From positions 672,001-736,000 of the forward strand of contig CAXWPJ010000009.1 of NCBI GenBank assembly GCA_963664115.2: DNA of 64,000 nt, given 5' to 3'. A program made the position numbers and the translations under genes. A model generated the notes under the pieces. That model searched no databases, was not told the origin of the DNA, and saw nothing but the letters and a program-made list of their open reading frames with translations. Position 1 is the stretch's first letter. Each line of letters opens with the position of its first letter. Positions 49,801 through 60,108 of this stretch are shown piece after piece. The stretch is from Terriglobia bacterium (GTDB taxonomy: Bacteria; Acidobacteriota; Terriglobia; 20CM-2-55-15).

Positions 49801-50286
49801 TCATGCCGCAGGACGAAAATACAAGACCATCGCGGCCCCGATCGCTGCCAACAGAAAACCCACGTACAACATCGGGTTGATCGGAGTCCGGGGTGGATGG
49901 ATCGCCATGGAGTACAAAACGTTCACGATCGGCGCACCCCCGAAAACGAGCGGCATGACGTATATGGGCAGCCCCCCGGTGCGAAACGCCCAGATAATAC
50001 AAACTGCCCCGATGGCGCCGAGGGCTCCGCCGGCCGTTGCATTGATCAGACCTGTCCGATCAAACCCGGAAAGTCCCCCCCCCACACTGAGGCCCGCCAC
50101 AGGAACCAACACGCCGATCAGAAAATAAGCCGCGCCCACACACAGCAACGCCTTGAGCGGATCGCCCAACTGCGTCTGTCCCTGGTGGAGTAAAACGCCG
50201 TAAACGCCCCAAGCCAGCACAGCCCCGACCACAAAAACGAGCCAACCCATACGCCTCAGCCTCCCCGTCATGTTTTCCACAACCAC
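49801..50286 (-). CDS. Small 5-TM membrane protein (DMT/EamA-like)
   Basis: WGVYG, YVMPLVFGGAPIVN, five hydrophobic segments. Confidence 0.65.
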   Translation of the reverse strand: MVVENMTGRLRRMGWLVFVVGAVLAWGVYGVLLHQGQTQLGDPLKALLCVGAAYFLIGVLVPVAGLSVGGGLSGFDRTGLINATAGGALGAIGAVCIIWAFRTGGLPIYVMPLVFGGAPIVNVLYSMAIHPPRTPINPMLYVGFLLAAIGAAMVLYFRPAA

Positions 50287-50508
50287 AAGTCCCTCTCCAC
50301 CGTCTGAACGAACAAAGCAAGCCCAACAATTGAAAAGGGTACCCTCTCAATCGCTGTCAAGTCCACCAGTTCCGGTGGATTGCGCGATTCCGGTTCGACG
50401 TCTTCCTTGCAACCGGTGCCCCGTTCATCTTAGAGTACGATCTTAGAATACGAACGCACTCCAGTTACCATTATGTTTCTTCCTTAGACAGCGGGGTATA
50501 GTCTGCTG

Positions 50509-51543
50509 ATGACTTTCTCTGGACCTTCACTACAAATGCTCAGTCATCTCACCCGACTCTCCATTGCCGGATTCATATTGTTGGGGCTAGTCGCCTGTTC
50601 CGGCATCGGCGGAACGGATGAGGTGGTCGTGATCGATGGCGCCACAGTACCCGCCCGTATGCAACTGGCGACAGCGAGCGTCGGGGGTAGCTACTACCCG
50701 GTCGGCAATGCTATCGCGCAGGTCCTCACTGACGGGCTGCCCGGTGTCGTCGTGGCAGCTGAAGTCAGTAGCGGCTCCTCGCAAAACATCCGCATGTTGG
50801 ATGCGAACCAAGTGGATTTGGGCCTTGCCAACGCCGCGATCACGTTTCCTGCGATACGCGGAACCGAAGGTTTTGACAGACCGTTTCCCGTACAAGCGGT
50901 GATTTCCCTCCAGAGCTCCGTCATGACCGTCGTCACTGCCGAGGGCAGCGGAATCTCGACGCTCCGCGATCTTGTCGGCAAGAGGGTCGCCGTCGGCCCG
51001 GCTGGCGCAGGGTGGGATTATTTCATGAGACCCGTCCTGGAGGCTCACGGCGTAAGCTACGAGGACTTCCAGCAGATCTACGAAGGTCAGGCCAACGCCA
51101 TGGAACTGTTAGCCGATGGCGCCGTCGATGCTGTCGTCGCCGGTGGAAGCGTACCCCAACCGTCGATCACGTCAGCCACTGCGACGCAAGATCTGATTTA
51201 TCTGGAGTTTGACGCTGCGGCCTTGGACAGTACCAACATCGAGTACCCGTTCATCCGAAAGGTCACAATTGCCGCGGGCACCTATGAAGGGCTCAACGGG
51301 GACTATCAAACTTTTGATTCAGGCAGCGCCCAGTTGCTTGTGCGGTCCGATGCAGATCCCGACTATGTCTATCTGATTGCCAAGACGATTTACGAGCACA
51401 GGGATCAGATCGGAGAGATGCACCCTGCTGGCCGCGAGATCACGCCCGAACGTGCCGCTATGGATATTGGCATTCCTTACCACGCAGGAAGCCTCCAGTA
51501 CTTTAACGAGATCGGTATCCGGGAACCGTCGACCGGAGAATGA
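50509..51543 (+). CDS. TAXI-family TRAP solute-binding lipoprotein
   Basis: LVAC lipobox, ATASVGGSYYPVG, GSSQNI, DLVGKRVAVG, IPYHAG. Confidence 0.92.
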   Translation: MTFSGPSLQMLSHLTRLSIAGFILLGLVACSGIGGTDEVVVIDGATVPARMQLATASVGGSYYPVGNAIAQVLTDGLPGVVVAAEVSSGSSQNIRMLDANQVDLGLANAAITFPAIRGTEGFDRPFPVQAVISLQSSVMTVVTAEGSGISTLRDLVGKRVAVGPAGAGWDYFMRPVLEAHGVSYEDFQQIYEGQANAMELLADGAVDAVVAGGSVPQPSITSATATQDLIYLEFDAAALDSTNIEYPFIRKVTIAAGTYEGLNGDYQTFDSGSAQLLVRSDADPDYVYLIAKTIYEHRDQIGEMHPAGREITPERAAMDIGIPYHAGSLQYFNEIGIREPSTGE

Positions 51544-51594
51544 CGCTGATTTCGGTGCCGGAGTGCGCAACTTCTACGATAGAGCGCGGAGATC

Positions 51595-53517
51595 GTGGAT
51601 AAGGGAGAGGCACATGGAGTGGAAACGGCCCCGGTACTGAAAGAATCCGGCAGCATGCGGTCTTACCTGGTCCGGGCCCTTGCTGTTGGATTCTCCCTAT
51701 TCGCGATAGCTGAAGTCAATCGCCTGACCCTACCTCCGTTTCAACAGCGGGCCGTCTTCCTCCTGATCCCGCTCGCCCTGGCCTTCCTGATTCCTCAAAC
51801 AACGCGTGGGAGTCGGAGTCGGGGCCGCGTCTTGCGGAACCTCGACTACGTGCTGGCCGCCCTGGGCGCCATCTGCTGTGCCTACATCGTCGTGGAATAC
51901 GAGGGCTTGATCGTTCGAATGGGCTCACCGACGACCCTCGATCTGATCATCGGAACCATCGGTATTGTTCTGATCCTGGAGGCGACACGCAGGCGGGTGG
52001 GATGGACCCTCCCTGCCATGGCCGTGGTGTTCATAGTGTATGCCTACGGTGGAAGAATGTTGCCGATAGCCCTGGCCGGTCACGCCGGGTACCCGGTGAA
52101 CCGAATCATCACACAATCCTTTCTGACCATGGAAGGCATTTTCGGTATTCCTCTGGCCGTTATGTTCACTTACGTGTTTCCCTTCGTCCTCTTCGGAGTC
52201 GTCCTCGAAGCGATCGGCGGCCTGGGATTCGCTATCGATCTGGCCGAGGCCCTATTGGGACGCTTCCGGGGTGGCCCCGCAAAGGTCGCAGTAGTCTCGA
52301 GCGGTATCTTCGGAATGGTTAACGGGAGCGCGGTCGCGAACGTCGTCACTGCCGGATCCTTCACGATACCCATGATGAAGAAAACCGGCGTGCAGCCTCA
52401 CGTGGCCGGAGCGGTCGAAGCTGTAGCCTCGACCGGGGGACAGCTCATGCCGCCGGTCATGGGCGCCGCTGCCTTCATGATGGCTGAATATCTGGGTCTC
52501 CCTTATCTGACGATCGCAACGGCGGCGTTGATTCCCGCGTTTCTCTATTATCTGGCTCTGTTCACGACGATCCATTGCTACTCGGTCCGTCATGATATCG
52601 GCGGGGTTGCGGTCACAGGGCAGGGCGCGCTGATCGCAGCCATCCTGAGACGGAAGGAACTCTATCTGTTCACCGTCCCCTTCGGCTGTTTGATAGCCTC
52701 CTTGCTATGGGGATTCACGCCCACGAGGTCCGTGTCGTATGCCATTCTGGTGGCGGTTGGGGTCAGTCTGTTCGTCCGGAAGCGACGACTGACACCACTC
52801 CGTGTTTTCGAAGTCCTTGAAAAGGCGGGAAGAGACGCGATTTCACTCACCTGTGCCACCGCATGTGTGGGCATCGTCATCGGGCTCATACTGATGACTG
52901 CTCTAGGGGCCCGTTTCACTCCCATGATCGCGGAACTCTCCGGTGGAAACATCTACATCGCACTGCTTCTGGTGATGTTCTCTTCGGTGGTCCTTGGAAT
53001 GGGTCTCCCGACGACGGTCTGCTATGTCCTGCTGGCGACGCTTGCCGCCCCTGCGCTCGTGAACCTTGGCATCATGCCGCTGGGGGCACACCTGTTCATT
53101 CTGTATTTCGGAATGATGTCGATGGTGACCCCGCCCAGCGCCCTCGCCGCTTACGCAGGGGCGATGATCGCGGGAGCGGACATCATGAAAACGGCATTCA
53201 CGGCTTGGTTTTTTTCCCTTTCGGGCTACTTGCTGCCTTTCGCGTTCGTTTTGAGTCCAGCGTTGCTCATGATCGGACCCGTTCCCGAGATCGTGCTGGC
53301 AACTGTCACAGCAGGGATCGGCGTCATGGCACTGGGTGCCGCCGTAGCCGGACACTTGAAGATGTCACTCAGGGCGCTTGAGCGCGGGACCCTCTTCCTT
53401 GCAGCTGTGGTGTTGATAAATACAGGATTGCTAACGGATCTTGTTGGCCTGGTTCTGCTCGTCCCCATCTTGCTTCGGCACTACAAACCGAGCGGGCTAC
53501 ACTCGTCACCCATTTAG
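51595..53517 (+). CDS. TRAP fused 4TM/12TM permease
   Basis: LEATRR, GGPAKVAV, GSAVANV, EAVASTGGQLMPPVMGAAAF, GMGLPT, VTPP. Confidence 0.94.
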   Translation: MDKGEAHGVETAPVLKESGSMRSYLVRALAVGFSLFAIAEVNRLTLPPFQQRAVFLLIPLALAFLIPQTTRGSRSRGRVLRNLDYVLAALGAICCAYIVVEYEGLIVRMGSPTTLDLIIGTIGIVLILEATRRRVGWTLPAMAVVFIVYAYGGRMLPIALAGHAGYPVNRIITQSFLTMEGIFGIPLAVMFTYVFPFVLFGVVLEAIGGLGFAIDLAEALLGRFRGGPAKVAVVSSGIFGMVNGSAVANVVTAGSFTIPMMKKTGVQPHVAGAVEAVASTGGQLMPPVMGAAAFMMAEYLGLPYLTIATAALIPAFLYYLALFTTIHCYSVRHDIGGVAVTGQGALIAAILRRKELYLFTVPFGCLIASLLWGFTPTRSVSYAILVAVGVSLFVRKRRLTPLRVFEVLEKAGRDAISLTCATACVGIVIGLILMTALGARFTPMIAELSGGNIYIALLLVMFSSVVLGMGLPTTVCYVLLATLAAPALVNLGIMPLGAHLFILYFGMMSMVTPPSALAAYAGAMIAGADIMKTAFTAWFFSLSGYLLPFAFVLSPALLMIGPVPEIVLATVTAGIGVMALGAAVAGHLKMSLRALERGTLFLAAVVLINTGLLTDLVGLVLLVPILLRHYKPSGLHSSPI

Positions 53518-53526
53518 GCGCGCCTA

Positions 53527-54507
53527 TCAATCCGCTTCGAAGCGATAGTAATGCGAGAAGCGCTTCAGCGGCTCGTCCGACAAATCGAAAAGCACGGCGT
53601 CGTTCGCCGCGTTGTGTGTGAACTTGTTCCACGCTGGTATGGCAAACGTGTCGCCGAACTCCCATTCGATCTGTTCTCCACCCACAATCGTTTCGCCGTT
53701 CCCTTCGAGCACAACAAAAACGTGATCAGCCGTCGATCGCTGGCGCCGGGTCTTGAAACCTGATTCGAGTCGTTCCACATGGATCCCCATCGTCGGCAGA
53801 TCGGGAGCTTCGAGCTCGATGCGTGGCCCGTGGAATCCGTCGACATCCACTTTCGCCTTATCCAGGCCACTTTTGATGGAATCCCGGGTAAACCGGAAAG
53901 GTGAAGTTGTGACGACAGAAACGACCTTCTCATAGCGATCCGGATGATTCTCATAGAACATTGGCTCGAGCAGCTGGGTGAGCGGAACGTCCAGACCGTC
54001 AACCCAGTAAGCAGGAACGTCGCCGTCGTGACCGTGGCCATGCCAACACCACCCGGGCGTCAAGACCACGTCTCCGGTTTCCATCGGCGTCCTGACTCCG
54101 TCGACGATAGTGAAAGAATCCGTGGCGTCCAGAATGACGCGAAGGGCGTGTGGTGCATGGCGATGTGACCGCACCCTCTCGCCCGGGAGAAGCATCTGGT
54201 ACGCACAGACCAGTGTATTGGTGGTTGCAAAATTGTTATCGATTATCGGATTGCGTAGAACGAGGTTGCGCCGCTCGGCCAGGGAGACGTCAATCAAGCG
54301 ACCGGCGGCATCAATAGCCGCTTTCATTTCCGCATAGCGCCATAGGGCAGGAACGAACTTCGATCGGGGCTCGTCCCATAGGATCGGTTCTTCACGGTCC
54401 ACCCATCCTGGAGTTACGGCGAAATGAAGGAGTTCTTCGTAGAGAAGCTCAAGGGTAGAAACGTTGCTGATAATTTTGAGGTGCTCCATCTGGGCAACAT
54501 CAGACAT
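53527..54507 (-). CDS. Gentisate 1,2-dioxygenase-like bicupin
   Basis: AERRNLVLRNP, YQMLLPGE..SHRH, GDVVLTPGWCWHGH, DGLDVP; ATG 54507 after AGGAG. Confidence 0.85.
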   Translation of the reverse strand: MSDVAQMEHLKIISNVSTLELLYEELLHFAVTPGWVDREEPILWDEPRSKFVPALWRYAEMKAAIDAAGRLIDVSLAERRNLVLRNPIIDNNFATTNTLVCAYQMLLPGERVRSHRHAPHALRVILDATDSFTIVDGVRTPMETGDVVLTPGWCWHGHGHDGDVPAYWVDGLDVPLTQLLEPMFYENHPDRYEKVVSVVTTSPFRFTRDSIKSGLDKAKVDVDGFHGPRIELEAPDLPTMGIHVERLESGFKTRRQRSTADHVFVVLEGNGETIVGGEQIEWEFGDTFAIPAWNKFTHNAANDAVLFDLSDEPLKRFSHYYRFEAD

Positions 54508-54564
54508 TGTTACTCTCCTTCTCGCAGTCACAGCCGACAACCGGCGGGCATGGGCAGTGTGGGA

Positions 54565-55410
54565 TCAGGATGACGACATCAATGACTTGCCGAACACTTC
54601 AATGTGCCAGGACTCTCGCATTGGAACTTCCCATCGACCCGCAACGAGTTCACCCACGGTCTGAATGACGTTATTGAAAACGATCGTCTCTTCATTGACA
54701 GCGCCCTGCTTCGCCAGACTGCGGAAGGTCAACCGGTCAACACACAGGACCGCACCAGTGTCGTCCCTGTAAAACACCTGGTTACCCGAACTCGCAAATT
54801 TCACACCCGACGCTCTATTAAAAGCCTCCAATGCATGGAACATGCTGTCAATAGAGCATCCGGAAAGGTTCATCGCCGTCTCATCGGCGCTGATAATGAC
54901 AAACTGATCGTGCACGAGCTGCCAACCCGGCATCACTTTCTGCTGGTGAGAATTCCACTCGGCCAGGAACCCTTCCATATGTGCGTCGAGAGCCTGGCAC
55001 TGCGGCAACGTCAGAGCCTCCTCGGCGCCATAAATCCAGACTCGGGCCGTTTCGGGAAGACTGGAGATTCCGTTCCCAACAGCAGCCGGCTTAAAAGGAG
55101 TCCCGCCTGAATGGGCCTGCCAGGCTTCATAGCCGCCGTCCAGGCTGTATGTTTCCTTAAAACCGTTCGCGCTGAAGTACTCGGCCGCCCCCTGGCTCAA
55201 GTTTCCATGGTAGCAACACACTATTAGAGGACGGTCGAGGGCAGCCTCCTCAATAAAGGTCCGAACGTTCACATCATCTACGGACTCCGCGCCTGGAATG
55301 TGTCCGGCTGTGTAGGAATCGGTGTCTCGAACGTCGACTACACGGGCATTATTTGCCGCTATTAACTCGCGCGCCTCTTCCACGTTGATGCGCTTATAGC
55401 TCATCGACAT
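54565..55410 (-). CDS. GlpE-type rhodanese fused to an uncharacterised C-terminal domain
   Basis: VDVRD..Y..GHIPGA, CYHGNLS active loop, SLDGGYEAW; C-terminal RVWIY..W.SH..DE...SGCSID domain. Confidence 0.82.
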   Translation of the reverse strand: MSMSYKRINVEEARELIAANNARVVDVRDTDSYTAGHIPGAESVDDVNVRTFIEEAALDRPLIVCCYHGNLSQGAAEYFSANGFKETYSLDGGYEAWQAHSGGTPFKPAAVGNGISSLPETARVWIYGAEEALTLPQCQALDAHMEGFLAEWNSHQQKVMPGWQLVHDQFVIISADETAMNLSGCSIDSMFHALEAFNRASGVKFASSGNQVFYRDDTGAVLCVDRLTFRSLAKQGAVNEETIVFNNVIQTVGELVAGRWEVPMRESWHIEVFGKSLMSSS

Positions 55411-55470
55411 CTCCTCTGGGGTGGCTGGGGAATGATCACTTCATACATGATACTGCACTGGCCCGGTGTG

Positions 55471-56856
55471 CTAAACGACGGAACGGACCAATCTCGGATA
55501 ATAGTAAGACAGCGTGCCAATGCGTGCCAGATAGTGGACGTAGAGCGCGGCCCAGAGTCCATGATTTTCGAACGGAGTCAACATCCACCAGGCAAAGAGA
55601 AAAACGGCAAGTGAAATCAGCATCGCGTTGCGCATGTCAGCAGTGCGCGTCGCTCCGATAAAAACGCCATCGAGTTGAAACGCCCAGACACCCAGCAAAG
55701 GTGCAGCCCCAGCCCATGGAAGATACGTGCGGGCAGCCTCACGAGCGGCGGCATCAACAGTCAACACGTCGATAAACAGCGTACCGGCAACGATCAGCAC
55801 CAGTGAAATCACGACTGCCACACCCACCGACCAGAGCGTCGTCATGCGGGCGGCGGCTTCGAGACCCGCTCGATGCGCAGCGCCCACTGCACGCCCGACC
55901 AATACCTCGGCCGCAAACGCGAGACCATCGAGGAAGTAAGCACTCACCGACACGAAGTGCATCAGGACGGCATTCGCGGCGAGAATCACGTCACCCTGTT
56001 GTGCGCCTTTAGCCGTGAACCAGCTAAACGCAAATACCAAGGCCACAGAGCGGATCATGATATCGCCGTTGACGGCAATAGTTCGCCTCAGCTGCTGGGG
56101 CTTTAGAATGCGGTCCAACGTCCACCCGGCGCCGAGACCACGCAGATGCCGTGCCGCGATCACCAGACCGACCGAAACCGCGAGTACTTCGGCGAGGACG
56201 GTTCCCAGTGCTACCCCACTTACGTCCCAACCAAATCCGACAACGAATAACGCATCCAGCGCCATGTTGCTAAGGTTCAATACGAGCTGCAGCACAAGAC
56301 CAATATCGGTGCGGCCGAGTCCAATGAACCATCCCAGCAACGCGTAGTTCGCGAGCGTCGCAGGGGCTGCCCAGATTCGGACACTGAAGTATTCTCGCGC
56401 AAGAGTCTCGACCTGGGCTGAACCCTCCAGCAATGCGAACGCAATTTCCTCGATGGGCCACTGCAATAGAATCAGTCCGGCACCGGCCAGCAACGCAATC
56501 ATCAAGGCTCGGCCCAGGCCCGCGACCAACTCGTCGCTATCACCGGCGCCGGCGGCCTGAGCCGTCAGGCCGGTCGTTCCCATCCTCAAGAAACCGAAAG
56601 CCCAGAAAACGAACGTGAAGATCAATGAGCCTATGGCTACGGCCCCGATATAGGCGGGATCTGGAATCTGACCCATGACGCCGGTATCGACAACGCCGAT
56701 GAGCGGCGTCGATACGTTGGAGATCATTACGGGCAGAGCCATCGTAAGGATCGCGCGATGCGTCAAACGCCCTCCAAGGGCGCCGTTCTGTCCCATCAGG
56801 AATCCTTCATCTCTGGAAACACCTCTTCGGTCGACCAACCACCATCGAGGGCTCAA
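55471..56856 (-). CDS. MATE efflux transporter, DinF-like
   Basis: SNVSTPLIGVVDT, FGFLRMGTTG, LDGLAFAAE, FQLDGVFIGAT. Confidence 0.92.
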   Translation of the reverse strand: MSPRWWLVDRRGVSRDEGFLMGQNGALGGRLTHRAILTMALPVMISNVSTPLIGVVDTGVMGQIPDPAYIGAVAIGSLIFTFVFWAFGFLRMGTTGLTAQAAGAGDSDELVAGLGRALMIALLAGAGLILLQWPIEEIAFALLEGSAQVETLAREYFSVRIWAAPATLANYALLGWFIGLGRTDIGLVLQLVLNLSNMALDALFVVGFGWDVSGVALGTVLAEVLAVSVGLVIAARHLRGLGAGWTLDRILKPQQLRRTIAVNGDIMIRSVALVFAFSWFTAKGAQQGDVILAANAVLMHFVSVSAYFLDGLAFAAEVLVGRAVGAAHRAGLEAAARMTTLWSVGVAVVISLVLIVAGTLFIDVLTVDAAAREAARTYLPWAGAAPLLGVWAFQLDGVFIGATRTADMRNAMLISLAVFLFAWWMLTPFENHGLWAALYVHYLARIGTLSYYYPRLVRSVV

Positions 56857-56887
56857 CCCCCCGCAGCAGCGGGTCTGACTGGAGATG

Positions 56888-57829
56888 TTATGACCTGTAG
56901 GGAGTTGACCGCCCTTCCATCAGACGCGTGAGGTTGCCGCCCAGTATGGCCCGAACCGCTCCCTCTGCAACACCCAGGTTTTTGAGCACTGAAGTCTGCG
57001 CATCAAAGACGGTATGGTTCCAGCCTCGCGGAAAGAAAGAAGAGTCGGTGCCGAAAAGGAGCCGCCCGGGCCCGTATATTTCCAGGGCTTTGCGAAAAAC
57101 ACCCTCGAGAGTCGTCTCCGGTAGCAGGTACTTGATCCATGAATTACTGCTGGAAGTATCCAGATAGACGTTTTCAACCAGGTCACCCAGCATGAGTACT
57201 TCCCGAAAAAACCCCGCACCAAAATGAGGAATAACAAATTTAGCCTTCGGGTACTCCATAGCCACGCGATGCAGGTCGATGGGGTTTGAGAGACTCATAT
57301 CGAACTTTGAAGCCAGTCCGAGTTTGTTGCGCACACCAACCGTCAGAACCCCTGTGTGAACGAAGATCACGACGTCGGGCCGTTCACTGGCCAATTCGTA
57401 GATAGGGTCGAGACGTGCGTCCTGAACAGAAAAATGGTGCATGGCCGGAAACAGGCACAACCCCTTCAGCCCGAACTGATCGAAAGCACGGAGGGCCCGC
57501 GCCTTCGCGTCGGGCGCCAGCGGGTTGAACATGAAGTATCCATAGAAGCGGTCCGGACGCGCACGCACGATCTCGGTCGCCGATTTTTCGTCCCCGGGAA
57601 CAGACGACATCAGGACAGATCGGGCAACGAAGTGTAAATCCAGTTCTCTGACCCACCGGGTGGCCAGTTCAGAGTTGTCCTTCGGCGGAACCTCCCAGCC
57701 CACTTCGTTGACCAGGTCCTCGACACTCTCAGACTGCCCCCTTTGGCCGGCAAGCATTTGAAAAAAGGCGTATGAGAAGAGGTGGGCATGAGCGTCGGCG
57801 ACTTCGATCTCTCCCCAGGGTGTTTGCAT
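56888..57829 (-). CDS. Amidohydrolase_2 family protein
   Basis: DAHAH, FVHTG, PHFG, YLDTS, LFGTDS. Confidence 0.88.
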   Translation of the reverse strand: MQTPWGEIEVADAHAHLFSYAFFQMLAGQRGQSESVEDLVNEVGWEVPPKDNSELATRWVRELDLHFVARSVLMSSVPGDEKSATEIVRARPDRFYGYFMFNPLAPDAKARALRAFDQFGLKGLCLFPAMHHFSVQDARLDPIYELASERPDVVIFVHTGVLTVGVRNKLGLASKFDMSLSNPIDLHRVAMEYPKAKFVIPHFGAGFFREVLMLGDLVENVYLDTSSSNSWIKYLLPETTLEGVFRKALEIYGPGRLLFGTDSSFFPRGWNHTVFDAQTSVLKNLGVAEGAVRAILGGNLTRLMEGRSTPYRS

Positions 57830-57833
57830 AGCT

Positions 57834-59027
57834 CTAGACTAACGCGACCGACAGCGCATCGTAGTTGTAAAGCCACTGATTGCGCTCGGCGCCCAGCTTG
57901 CGCTTCCCGAAAGCTTCGCGGAAACTTTCTTCCCTCTTCAAATGAAAAAACCTGCTGTTGGCGCTGGACTCGGCAACAACGCGACTGGTCCGGGGAATGC
58001 GATTCCTCTGGTAAACGTCGAGCGCTTCTTCAATTGAATCGAATGTATCCAGACAACGGGTGAGCACTGCGGCATCTTCAATCGCCATAACCGCACCCTG
58101 TGCGAGATACGGCAACATCGGATGTGCGGAATCACCCAGCAAAGTGACGTGCCCCTGGCTCCATCGATCCGCTTTCGGACGGTCAAACAGTGCCCATCGG
58201 TAGCACTGATCCTTATCAGCGTTGTCAATGATGCGAATAATATCGCTATGCCAGGCTGAGAAATCATCCCGCATTTCCGACCAGTCCGATTTGACGATCC
58301 AGGATTCGATTTTCCAATTGGGATTCTCGACCAGACCGACAAAGTTAAGCAGACCACCGCCGCGCACGTAATAGGTAACCGCGTGAGCCCCGGGACCTAC
58401 CCATACCGTTATGACGCGATCCATAAAGTCGTTCCCGAGACGTCCTTTGGGCACAAGAACCCGCCAGGCGGTGTCCCCTGTGAAGTGGGCTTCGGTTGCG
58501 CCCAGGATCTGCTCGCGGATGACGGACTTAATGCCGTCGGCGCCTATGAGTACATCGCCCTCCTCGCGCCGTCCGTCGCTGAGGTGTAATACAACTGTTG
58601 ACCCCGTCTCGGTGAACCCTTCAGCAGTCGAATTGAGAGCGATGGCTTCAGGATCTAGTTGCTGGACTCTCCGGACCAGCAATTCATGAAGATCCGCACG
58701 ATGAAAATGATAGTAGGGCGCACCGTTGAGGCGATCGTGTTCCTCGCCTAACGCAAAGGTCTGCAGGATTTCACCAGTTTGGAACAATCTAAAAACATAG
58801 GCCTTCGGTTTAGTACCTATTTTGTCCAAATCATCGGCCAACCCCAAATGCCACAGGACTTTGACGGCGTTCGCGCTCAGATGAATACCGGCCCCCACCT
58901 CGCCCAACTCCGGAGCCTGTTCAAAGACGCGCACGCGGTAGCCTTTTTGCAGCAGGCATCCGGCAGCCGCCATACCGCCGAGACCAGCGCCGGCGATGAG
59001 AACCTTTAGTTTTTCAGACACGCTCAC
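57834..59027 (-). CDS. FAD-dependent aromatic monooxygenase (salicylate/3-hydroxybenzoate/6-hydroxynicotinate hydroxylase family)
   Basis: GAGLGG, EVGAGI, GADGIKS, LLGDSAHPMLPYLAQGAVMAIEDA. Confidence 0.9.
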   Translation of the reverse strand: MSVSEKLKVLIAGAGLGGMAAAGCLLQKGYRVRVFEQAPELGEVGAGIHLSANAVKVLWHLGLADDLDKIGTKPKAYVFRLFQTGEILQTFALGEEHDRLNGAPYYHFHRADLHELLVRRVQQLDPEAIALNSTAEGFTETGSTVVLHLSDGRREEGDVLIGADGIKSVIREQILGATEAHFTGDTAWRVLVPKGRLGNDFMDRVITVWVGPGAHAVTYYVRGGGLLNFVGLVENPNWKIESWIVKSDWSEMRDDFSAWHSDIIRIIDNADKDQCYRWALFDRPKADRWSQGHVTLLGDSAHPMLPYLAQGAVMAIEDAAVLTRCLDTFDSIEEALDVYQRNRIPRTSRVVAESSANSRFFHLKREESFREAFGKRKLGAERNQWLYNYDALSVALV

Positions 59028-59293
59028 TCCCTCGAAGCTTCAATCCTCCTGCGCCAGGAAACCCAACATCGCCGATAGGAGGATGGGCTCCCTGATCTGC
59101 GATTCTCTTCATACCGGTGAATACCACCAACACTAAGGTATACAGAAGCTCGGCAGACGTAGGATCCGTGTTCCCCATGGAAAGCAAGGACTGTATAGAA
59201 TTAGAATTACGGGGATAGACTACTCGATTACCAATCTAGCTTTCCAATGTGTTTGGAGAAACGGGTTTCGAGTAGTCTGTTTCCGCAACTAAA

Positions 59294-60037
59294 ATGACCA
59301 ATCAAATGGATCTCAGTAACGAAGTGGCCTTGGTCACAGGTGGAAGCCGAAACATCGGGCTCGCGATTGCCCGTGCACTAGGCGCGTCAGGTGCGCGCAT
59401 CTGTATCTGGGGAGGCTCTGATGCCGTGGCGATGGACAAAGCTTTAAGCTTACTCAACGGGGACGAAGAATCTCGAATCGGGATGCTCGTGAAAGTCGAG
59501 GACGAAGACGCGGTCGTCGATGCTTTTGATCAAATCGAAGCACGCATGGGCCCGGTATCCATCCTCGTCAACAATGCCGCTCTGCGGCCGTACGAACCAC
59601 TGAATTCGATGAGCCTGGAAGCGTGGACCTCGGTTCTGGATGTTATCCTGACTGGCGCCTTCCTGACTTCGCGCGAATTGTTCCGCCGTTTGCCCGAAGA
59701 ACGAAACGGAGCGATCGTAAACATAGGCGGCATCAGCGCGCATCGTCCAGCATCGAACCGGGCACACGTGATCACAGCGAAAGCTGGACTCATCGGCCTG
59801 ACACGGGCCTTGGCCCAAGAAGGTCTCGGGCGCATCCGGGCCAACTGCGTGGTACCCGGCGCTATCAATACCGAAACCCGGCCGGGTGGACAGCGTCCAC
59901 GGTTCCTAGACGACAAGGATCATACCCCAGGTCACGTTGACGACGTCGCCAGTGCCGTTTTGTCGTTCGCAAACCCCAACGCACAGTATGTGACCGGCCA
60001 GACCGTTCACGTCAGCGGGGGCCGTTTTATGCCGTAA
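59294..60037 (+). CDS. SDR family oxidoreductase
   Basis: VTGGSRNIG, LVNNAA, H.TAK (atypical YxxxK), NCVVPG, YVTGQT. Confidence 0.9.
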   Translation: MTNQMDLSNEVALVTGGSRNIGLAIARALGASGARICIWGGSDAVAMDKALSLLNGDEESRIGMLVKVEDEDAVVDAFDQIEARMGPVSILVNNAALRPYEPLNSMSLEAWTSVLDVILTGAFLTSRELFRRLPEERNGAIVNIGGISAHRPASNRAHVITAKAGLIGLTRALAQEGLGRIRANCVVPGAINTETRPGGQRPRFLDDKDHTPGHVDDVASAVLSFANPNAQYVTGQTVHVSGGRFMP

Positions 60038-60108
60038 TTTCCCGACATTGGAAGAGAGCGCGTCGCGCTCGTGTATATTAACGCTACCACCAAACCCAAG
60101 GCATAACG

